A stretch of DNA of 14,325 nt from an uncultured archaeon (lineage in GTDB: Archaea > Asgardarchaeota > Lokiarchaeia > Sigyniarchaeales > SOKP01). This document shows positions 1 through 6,736 of the stretch, piece by piece. The translations under genes were made by a program, and so were the position numbers. Below the pieces are notes generated by a model. The model was not told where the DNA came from. It did not search any database and saw only the letters and a list, made by a program, of their open reading frames with translations. How positions within the stretch are numbered: the first letter of the stretch is position 1; every line of letters begins with the position of its first letter. Location of the stretch: positions 1 through 14,325 of the forward strand of contig CAYUTF010000084.1 in NCBI GenBank assembly GCA_964447495.1, read 5' to 3'.

Positions 1-27
1 AACTTGTTTTTTTAATCTAATTTTCAT
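1..27 (-). CDS. Possible 5' end of a gene running off the window (MKIRLKKQV...)
   Basis: ATG at 27-25 on the minus strand, open for 9 codons to the window edge; too short to identify. Confidence 0.25.
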
Positions 28-204
28 GCTTTAGCATCCGAACTATATTACTACTTTTTATATATATTCTAAAGATTTTACTTATTTAAATCTTATGTGA
101 ATAATCTCATCTTTTTTGCCTCTATCTTGAATTAGAACGAACATAAAGATACTTAAATAATTGTATTTTGGTTCAATAATCAAAATTATTATTATCAATC
201 CGCA

Positions 205-246
205 GCCAAGGGAAAATCACAAATAATTTTAAGTTAATCCCTTGGC
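205..246. other. GC-rich inverted repeat / stem-loop in AT-rich intergenic DNA
   Basis: GCCAAGGGA (205-213) pairs perfectly with TCCCTTGGC (238-246), with a 24-nt AT-rich spacer. Confidence 0.6.
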
Positions 247-288
247 AGAATAAAAAATTCAAAGAAAAATGAATCTTGAAGGAGTGTT

Positions 289-360
289 ATGATGTTAGAT
301 CGAGATTTACTTATAAGACTCATATTAAAACACTACATAAGTTTCCTTTCAATATTATAA
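289..360 (+). CDS. Putative small hydrophobic peptide, 23 aa (MMLDRDLLIRLILKHYISFLSIL)
   Basis: SD-like AAGGAGTG at 279-286, ATG ATG at 289/292, TAA at 358-360; below the ORF-track length cutoff. Confidence 0.3.
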   Translation: MMLDRDLLIRLILKHYISFLSIL

Positions 361-389
361 AAATAAATAATTTTCCCTAAAAAATTTTA

Positions 390-830
390 CTAGTTCAAGT
401 GTTTTCTTATTGAAGTCGAGCTTATTTTTTGATCACTATTATCTTTTAAAAGGGGTATTACAATGATCACTAATGGGTTAAATCCTTTCTGTGTTCGTAA
501 TTCATTAATCTTTAGCGCCGTTTTATAGGTTTCTTCACTTACGATAATTCCTTCATATTCCGATTCATGTATAGGAGGGCCATAAGAGTCAGTTAATCTC
601 ATGATTTCAACTTTATCTAAACTGGAGATAGAATCAATGAATTTTTCTAAATTCAACTTTCTGATATCATAAGGTTCTATTTTAGAAGAATACTCTTTAT
701 TCTTCAAAATATCATCTGAAGTCAATCCTATTACAAGCTTTTTAGAAAAAGATAAGGCTGTTTTTATTAAAAATTTATGCCCTTCATGTAGATGATCAAA
801 AGTTCCGCCTATTCCTACTTTTTTTAAAAT
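390..830 (-). CDS. coaD: Phosphopantetheine adenylyltransferase (archaeal/eukaryotic-type PPAT, HIGH nucleotidyltransferase)
   Basis: The frame stays open upstream of the tracked 725 start and encodes ILKKVGIGGTFDHLHEGHKFLIKTALSFSKKLVIGLTSD (GGTFDxLHxGH motif). The tracked part has D.YGP, IIVSEET, INELR..KG..PL and the C-terminal KISSTSIR. The start position (ATT at 830) is inferred. Confidence 0.92.
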   Translation of the reverse strand: MLKKVGIGGTFDHLHEGHKFLIKTALSFSKKLVIGLTSDDILKNKEYSSKIEPYDIRKLNLEKFIDSISSLDKVEIMRLTDSYGPPIHESEYEGIIVSEETYKTALKINELRTQKGFNPLVIIVIPLLKDNSDQKISSTSIRKHLN

Positions 831-871
831 TAGAACAACACCAATTAAATTTAAAGGTGATTTATTGAAAC

Positions 872-1300
872 TTAGACTTTATTTTGAAGCTTTACAATAT
901 CTGCTTTCTTTACCTCTACAGATGGCTTTTTTAATTTAACACTATATATTTGATTTATTTCCATAGCCTCACTACACTTTTCGCAAAAACCTGCCTTTTT
1001 AAACACAAAATCCCCTCTCTGATAGTTTCTTACATTAATGATTCCGCATAAGTTACATTTTAAAATAGTTAAAGTTTGTCTAATTGGCTCAGGTTTTCTT
1101 CTCTGAAGCTGGATTAAAGACGATCCAATGCAAATAAGAGCGAAACCTAAAACGAAATTAGTTATTTGATCGGGAGTAATTCCGATATAGATAAATAATG
1201 CTCCAATAACGATCAGTAAAATAAATAATAGATTTTTTAATATAGTCTTCAATGAAGTCTTTTTATTAAGGATATCCTCATCGTCTTCTTCATCAATCAT
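872..1300 (-). CDS. Hypothetical membrane protein with two TM helices and a C-terminal Zn ribbon (CNLC...CEKC)
   Basis: Two hydrophobic segments, then LKCNLCG...RNYQRGDFVFK..G.CEKC...MEINQIY, which resembles a conserved archaeal small Zn-finger family. ATG at 1300 is preferred over TTG at 1321, but the start is uncertain. Confidence 0.75.
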   Translation of the reverse strand: MIDEEDDEDILNKKTSLKTILKNLLFILLIVIGALFIYIGITPDQITNFVLGFALICIGSSLIQLQRRKPEPIRQTLTILKCNLCGIINVRNYQRGDFVFKKAGFCEKCSEAMEINQIYSVKLKKPSVEVKKADIVKLQNKV

Positions 1301-1437
1301 AATATACTTCTCAAAAATCAAGGAAAAATTACTTCTATACTCTATAATAGAAAAGAATATAAGATTAAATAAATTTTGTTATTATGAAAATTTACTACAT
1401 TTAAATTCTCTATTATAAAATTAAAATTCTAAGAAGG

Positions 1438-2601
1438 ATGTTCATGATTATTCAATTAATGCAACTATTTGGACAAACACAAACGGATCCATTGGGTCTT
1501 CTTCTTAATTTGCTGTGGTTTGTATTAATATTTGTATCCATGTTCTATGGAACGAAACTTCAATCGTATCGTTCACAAAAGGAAATAGAATCAGGATTAG
1601 AAAAATTAAAAACATGGAATGATGAAGGAAAACAAATTCTTTTAACTAGTTTTAAAAAATTTGCTGATAAAAAAGAAACAGAAAAAGATTTGATGCTAAA
1701 GCTTGAGGATTTCCTTAGCTTTATTGCTATTACTCCAGTGGATCTTGATCCCTATGGAATTGTTCCTAAAATTGATCATATTATTGATGTGAGAGACAAT
1801 AGATTCAAGGAAGAGGTTTTCCAAATGGCTCCAAATATCATAAAAGACTCTCCAGATGCCCAGAATTTAGAAAATCTTTTAGAAGCAGCTATGGCTGTAG
1901 ATTATATCTATAGATTAGTTAAACATTATTTGATTTTAGGAAAAAAATCAAAATCCTATATTTTACTCATGCAAATATCAATGCAAATGAGTTTAATTCT
2001 TGCAATGGCTAAATCATATCATCGGGCCACTAAAGCTTTCTCTGAAGGAAGTCCTATCGGTGATGCTCTTGGTCCTATGGTTGTAGGCAATTTAGTTCGA
2101 GACATCACTCAAAATGGTGAAGTAGAAGCACTTGAAGTAGCAAAGGATACTATATTACAGGAGGTTAGCTTTGAAGATAGAACTATTTTTGTTGTCCGAG
2201 CAAAAGGTCCTGGCGGGACCGTAGGTAAACCCGGAACAGCGATAAAAAAATTAATAGAGCAACACGGAGATTCAATTTCTCGTATTTTTATGATCGATGC
2301 CGGTTTAAAACTTTCAGGAGATAAAACAGGTTCTATTACTGAGGGTGTAGGTGCTGCAATCGGTGGAATTGGAGTTGAAAAATTCTACATTGAAGAATCA
2401 TCAACGAAAAAAGCGATTCCTATTGATGCCCTAATTTGTAGACAATCATTAGAGGATGCTATAACAACAATGAAACGACCTATTACGAACTCAGTACCGA
2501 ATATCGTAGAACGGATTAAGATGGGAATCCGAAAAAGAACCGAAAAAGGTTCAAAAGTAATTGTTGCAGGTATTGGTAATACAATAGGTATTGGTGTCTG
2601 A
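1438..2601 (+). CDS. DUF1512 family protein (N-terminal membrane anchor)
   Basis: N-terminal TM and the characteristic motifs PVDLDPYGIVPKIDHI, PIGDALGP, RAKGPGGTVGKPG, IDAGLKLSGDKTGSITEGVGAAIGGIGVEKF and AGIGNTIGIG. Confidence 0.88.
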   Translation: MFMIIQLMQLFGQTQTDPLGLLLNLLWFVLIFVSMFYGTKLQSYRSQKEIESGLEKLKTWNDEGKQILLTSFKKFADKKETEKDLMLKLEDFLSFIAITPVDLDPYGIVPKIDHIIDVRDNRFKEEVFQMAPNIIKDSPDAQNLENLLEAAMAVDYIYRLVKHYLILGKKSKSYILLMQISMQMSLILAMAKSYHRATKAFSEGSPIGDALGPMVVGNLVRDITQNGEVEALEVAKDTILQEVSFEDRTIFVVRAKGPGGTVGKPGTAIKKLIEQHGDSISRIFMIDAGLKLSGDKTGSITEGVGAAIGGIGVEKFYIEESSTKKAIPIDALICRQSLEDAITTMKRPITNSVPNIVERIKMGIRKRTEKGSKVIVAGIGNTIGIGV

Positions 2602-2752
2602 TTCCTAAATTAATTTGACCTTTACAATCCAATATAATTTTTTACTTTTACTTTTATTGAGTGATATACGAATTTTGATTATTTTCAAATAAAAAGGATC
2701 AATAATTAAATTAGTAACAAGTAAAATTAATGATTAAAAAAGAGTGTGAAAA

Positions 2753-3211
2753 ATGAAAGTTTTTTCAGAAGAATGGTCAAAAGCTTATGTTAAAGCATTA
2801 AATGCGAATACCGATTATAGAGCAGCCGCTTCTTGGTGGGATGGTGATTTTATATTTGTAATTGAGCCGAGTGGTAATTTAGATCATGAAATCAAGATGT
2901 TCATCGGGTTATACAAGGGTGATTGTACAGGTGCTAAACTACTTAAAGAAGGAGAAGGATATGATATTTTACCTCCAGGAACTCCGCCAAAACCATTGAA
3001 AGAGGGAGAAAAAGTAGCAGCAGAATTTGTTTTTGCTGGGAAATATGATAACTGGGTTAAAGTCTTGAAAAAAGAACTCGATCCGATTCAAGGTTTAATG
3101 GCGGGAAAATTTAAACTTGTCGGTAATATGGCTAAAGTCATGAGAGCGACCAAAGCGGCACAAGAAATGGTAAATTCAACCACGAAGATAGATGGAGCAG
3201 AATTTTACTAA
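2753..3211 (+). CDS. SCP2 sterol/lipid-binding domain protein
   Basis: FSEEW...Y...LN...Y..AA..W.GDF N-terminus and W..VLKKELDPIQGLMAGKFKLVGNMAKVMR C-terminus typical of SCP2; SD-like GAGTG upstream. Confidence 0.88.
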   Translation: MKVFSEEWSKAYVKALNANTDYRAAASWWDGDFIFVIEPSGNLDHEIKMFIGLYKGDCTGAKLLKEGEGYDILPPGTPPKPLKEGEKVAAEFVFAGKYDNWVKVLKKELDPIQGLMAGKFKLVGNMAKVMRATKAAQEMVNSTTKIDGAEFY

Positions 3212-3212
3212 A

Positions 3213-3240
3213 TTTTTTTATTTTTTTTATTTTAATTTTT
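3213..3240 (+). terminator. Archaeal oligo-T terminator
   Basis: Several T-runs directly after the SCP2 stop codon. Confidence 0.55.
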
Positions 3241-3276
3241 CACTTGAATATTAGAGAAATCAAAAATTGGACTATT

Positions 3277-3290
3277 GAAAATATTTAATT
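3277..3290 (+). promoter_or_regulatory. Putative BRE/TATA promoter for the 3343-5839 operon
   Basis: GAAAA followed by TATTTAATT about 55 nt upstream of the TTG start; weak evidence in an AT-rich background. Confidence 0.3.
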
Positions 3291-3342
3291 ATTATTTGAT
3301 TTTTCTAGACATAATACACTCTAATTAAAAAAGTGATTAAAT

Positions 3343-4353
3343 TTGGGCTTATCCGGTAAGGAATATTTTGTTCGAGATTTAATTATAGATGATGAATATG
3401 GGGTCATCAATTCAAATGCTTCTGTGCAAGATGCGGCCAAAAAAATGAAAGAATTAGGTGTTCCTGATCTTGTAGTTGTAGAAGAGGGCTCTGATAATGT
3501 TCTTGGCGTTATTGCTGATTTCGATATTGTTCAGAATGTAGTTGCAGAAGGAACGGATTGCAAAAGCGCAAAAGTTATATCCACTATGTATAAAATAGAA
3601 CCAGTAAATCTTGATACTCCTGTTTCTTTAGCTTTCACGAGGATGCGTGATTTACAAGTAAATATTGTACCTGTTGTTGAAAATGGAAAATTAGTAGGAG
3701 TTTCTAGTATACAGGATTGTTGGAGTTACATTCCTGATGAGATTCCCGATGAGAGAGGTTTAATTCCCGTCTCAAACACGCGAGTAGCTGAATTTTGGTT
3801 TGCTAGTATCTCAGCGGTCACTGCATTTATCTTAGGTATATTGTTACCGCTCGCAGGCGTTTTTGGATTTTTCATCGCTGATCAAGCAGACATAATGACT
3901 TTATTAGGTTTGGCAGATGTTAGAGGTGGTCTTCTTAACTTCTATCTCTTTGAAACACATGGCGTAGACTTTTTTGTACCAATACTCAGTTTAATACAGA
4001 AAGGCGGTCCTATATGGAGCGTCATTGTTGTAATCAGTACATTACTTTTAATTATAGGTATAATCGGTTTATTTGCGCTGATCTACTCTTCATTTGCAGA
4101 TACAAAAAATATTCGTACGGGCAATATCATTCGGATTGTAGTTCCCAGTCTTATTGTGGTTCTAATGATCGCAGAATGGATTTTCTTTGCGATAGCTTTT
4201 GCACTATCATCAATTCCCGTAGTAGCGGGGATCGATCCTATAGGACTAACGATGTCGATCATTTCCATGATTTTAATTATCGCCGCGATTAATCGAGACT
4301 ATATTTTCAAACAAAAAGGATTAAATGAATCAAAAGAAGCTGAGGTGAAATAA
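3343..4353 (+). CDS. CBS-pair (Bateman) domain fused to a 4-TM membrane domain
   Basis: VRDLI...SVQDAAKKMKELGVPDLVVVE...VLGVIADFDIV and TPVSLAFTRMRDLQVNIVPVVENGKLVGVSSIQD are two CBS repeats; four hydrophobic helices follow. TTG start with AAGTGA upstream. Confidence 0.85.
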   Translation: MGLSGKEYFVRDLIIDDEYGVINSNASVQDAAKKMKELGVPDLVVVEEGSDNVLGVIADFDIVQNVVAEGTDCKSAKVISTMYKIEPVNLDTPVSLAFTRMRDLQVNIVPVVENGKLVGVSSIQDCWSYIPDEIPDERGLIPVSNTRVAEFWFASISAVTAFILGILLPLAGVFGFFIADQADIMTLLGLADVRGGLLNFYLFETHGVDFFVPILSLIQKGGPIWSVIVVISTLLLIIGIIGLFALIYSSFADTKNIRTGNIIRIVVPSLIVVLMIAEWIFFAIAFALSSIPVVAGIDPIGLTMSIISMILIIAAINRDYIFKQKGLNESKEAEVK

Positions 4354-4357
4354 TAAG

Positions 4358-5839
4358 ATGCCTCGAGGCGGAGGTGGGATGAGAGGTGGTGGAGGATTTA
4401 GAGGAGGCGGTTTTGGTGGCGGTTTTAGAGGTGGTGGATTTCGTGGAGGTCCTAGCAGTTTTAGAATGCCACGTGGAACCCCAAGTGGAACTCCATTTGG
4501 TAGGACGGGCGCAACTCGTATAACCTCACGTTCTCCCAGTGGACCTTATAGACATAATTATTATCGTCCCTATAGGAGTTATTATCGATGGGGATACTGG
4601 GGCTATAGACCATGGTATTATCGATGGTGGTATTCTCCCTATTGGATTGGACATTGGTATCGACCTTGGTATTATTCTCCTGTGTATGTTGGCGGGGGAA
4701 TAGTCTTTGCAATTATCCTTGGATTAATACTCTTACCTCTTTTCGGTGTTGCGCTATGGTTCCCTTTTAGTAGTGCTAATGCAGATGGGTATGTCAATTA
4801 TCGATCCACAGAAACTATCTATTATAATGAATACTGGTATGAATATGAATATATTGAAGCGGGTAATCAGATTACGTATTCGGTGCAATCCTCACCTGAA
4901 GTAATCAGTTTTGCAATCTGGAACCAACCATTTGAGACTATTCCGAAGACTAATAAAGAAGGTGGCTTTGATGATTCGTTTACACTTCTAAATAATTACT
5001 ATGAATATTATTCAGTCTACTTAAAACCTGGTTCGTCTATTGATTATAATTTTAATTCGTCAAGTTCAGTAGATTTCTTTATAGCAGATGCAAACCAACT
5101 TTACAATTGGAATCAAGGGGGTAGTCCGATCTTTTATTATGAACTTAATGGAGTTCTTACAGATACGGGGGGTATTTCAATTAGTTCTGCGAAAGATTAC
5201 TATTTAGTATGGTTTAATGATTTTGGAGGTTCTGCTGATGTAGAATTCATAGCCAATTTTACTGCTGTAGATGTCTATAATCTAACAGCTGCTTATGAAT
5301 CTCATATAGCGGTCACAACCATCACCCAGGATACCTTCACAGTCCCTGTTGATGGCGACTGGTACTTTTTTGTATACTTTGATCCGCTCAATTCTCCCGC
5401 AGAATCTACAGATATAACGTTCGATGTTACCTACGATACGGGCATAAATGGCGCAGAAAGATGGGTTAGCATCTCACCAATATTAATAGGGATTCTTGTA
5501 GTAATTGTCATCATTCTCATAGCCGCAATAGTTGCTCGAAGCGGTCAAAAGAAGATGTCGAAAAAGCAACCCAAAGAAGCACAACAAGCACAAATCAAAA
5601 CGATACCCGGAAAGAAAGAAGTTGTTTCAGAATCCAAATGTATACGCTGCGGCAATTCGCTTCGACCCGACGCAAATTTCTGTCCTGTGTGTGGTGGTAA
5701 AGTTGAAGGAAGAGCTATTGGAACTAGTGATATAATTACTCCTGCAGATTCAAAAACGTGTAGTTTATGCGGAAGTAAATTAGAGGAAACCGCTAAATTC
5801 TGTAAATGGTGCGGTACTCAAGTTGAAAAGGAAATATAA
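4358..5839 (+). CDS. Two-TM membrane protein: RGG and Tyr/Trp/Arg-rich N-tail, beta-rich ectodomain, C-terminal double zinc ribbons
   Basis: Five RGG motifs in aa 3-31; Y/W/R/P-rich aa 63-110; TM about aa 115-137 and 372-393; CIRC/CPVC and CSLC/CKWC pairs in aa 428-485. SD GAGGTGA at 4342-4348 lies inside the upstream gene. Confidence 0.85.
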   Translation: MPRGGGGMRGGGGFRGGGFGGGFRGGGFRGGPSSFRMPRGTPSGTPFGRTGATRITSRSPSGPYRHNYYRPYRSYYRWGYWGYRPWYYRWWYSPYWIGHWYRPWYYSPVYVGGGIVFAIILGLILLPLFGVALWFPFSSANADGYVNYRSTETIYYNEYWYEYEYIEAGNQITYSVQSSPEVISFAIWNQPFETIPKTNKEGGFDDSFTLLNNYYEYYSVYLKPGSSIDYNFNSSSSVDFFIADANQLYNWNQGGSPIFYYELNGVLTDTGGISISSAKDYYLVWFNDFGGSADVEFIANFTAVDVYNLTAAYESHIAVTTITQDTFTVPVDGDWYFFVYFDPLNSPAESTDITFDVTYDTGINGAERWVSISPILIGILVVIVIILIAAIVARSGQKKMSKKQPKEAQQAQIKTIPGKKEVVSESKCIRCGNSLRPDANFCPVCGGKVEGRAIGTSDIITPADSKTCSLCGSKLEETAKFCKWCGTQVEKEI

Positions 5840-5864
5840 ACAGAGCATTAGAATAAAAAAAAAA

Positions 5865-5883
5865 TTTTTTTCTTTCTTTTTTT
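5865..5883 (+). terminator. Oligo-T terminator (preceded by an A10 run)
   Basis: TTTTTTTCTTTCTTTTTTT about 25 nt after the stop at 5839. Confidence 0.55.
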
Positions 5884-5936
5884 AATATTATTATAAGCTA
5901 GACTTTAATTGTTTAAATCATTGTAAAATTTATAAA

Positions 5937-6617
5937 ATGAGTGCTTTTGGTAAATTCAGTAGATTTTATCTTAAGAGAAAAATAATCAAACTCATCTTTT
6001 ATAGCCTTTTAATTTATTTTGTTTCAGTTTATATTTTCATAAGATTAGAAATAGAATATTTCTATTATTCTATTATAATATGGGTGGGTATGGTTTTAAT
6101 TATAGTAGTGTTTTTATTTTACAAATTCAATAAAGTATGTATCACTTTAGATACTTTAAGAAAGCAAGAATTATATTTCGAAGAAACCAATAATTATGCC
6201 CTTAAAAAGAAAAAATTTACTAAAAAATATAAAAAATGGTTATTATCGAATGCAATTAATGAAAATATGGATTTAAATTACAGGCCTCCCACCATGAATA
6301 GTGGAGGGGAATGCTGTATCTATTGCTGCACCACTATTATTCCTATTCTTTTAATTGCTTCTTTTTCTGTGATCTATTTACAAAGTGAAAATGGCTGGAT
6401 AACAGTAATTCCCATAATTATCATCGTGATAATATTATATCCAATTATTAGGAAAAAATCGGATGTAAAAATGTGTAAAATGCTTGATTCCGAAATTAAA
6501 CGAATCCTTTATGAAGAAGAGACAGGATATTCTCCTTTAAGAAATGGTAAATATACTTTCAAATATAGAGCATGGTTAATTCAAAGAGATCGGGAACCAT
6601 CAAAATTTAACCATTAA
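5937..6617 (+). CDS. Hypothetical 4-TM membrane protein made of two tandem [2TM + basic motif] units
   Basis: 226-aa ORF with an ungapped internal repeat, aa 66-102 vs 178-214. Confidence 0.75.
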   Translation: MSAFGKFSRFYLKRKIIKLIFYSLLIYFVSVYIFIRLEIEYFYYSIIIWVGMVLIIVVFLFYKFNKVCITLDTLRKQELYFEETNNYALKKKKFTKKYKKWLLSNAINENMDLNYRPPTMNSGGECCIYCCTTIIPILLIASFSVIYLQSENGWITVIPIIIIVIILYPIIRKKSDVKMCKMLDSEIKRILYEEETGYSPLRNGKYTFKYRAWLIQRDREPSKFNH

Positions 6618-6736
6618 TAATTTTTCATCATATCATTGTGAAAATTCCAATAATTTTTTTTTCCAAACATTATTTTTCTACAACATATTAGAAAAACAAG
6701 ATAAGTGATTTATTTCTCCATTCAATCTTTGAGATC

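Noticed and set aside
205-246. Hairpin as a SECIS element or tRNA fragment
   Set aside because: No adjacent gene with a plausible in-frame Sec UGA, no clear AUGA/GA kink-turn core, and no cloverleaf or T-loop.
390-725. Tracked 111-aa ORF as a complete protein or a truncated pseudogene
   Set aside because: The catalytic HxGH motif is intact in frame upstream, so the gene is longer rather than broken.
4014-4292. Alternative-frame ORF (92 aa) and antisense ORF 4083-4268
   Set aside because: Both lie wholly inside the CBS/4-TM gene and have no recognisable motifs; shadow ORFs.
4364-4450. G-rich stretch as a DNA tandem repeat, CRISPR array or G-quadruplex
   Set aside because: Explained by Gly/Arg codons with varied third positions; there is no repeat-spacer structure.
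4461-4712. Antisense 83-aa ORF, and alternative-frame ORF 5532-5735
   Set aside because: Both are nested in the 493-aa gene, whose domain structure explains the sequence.
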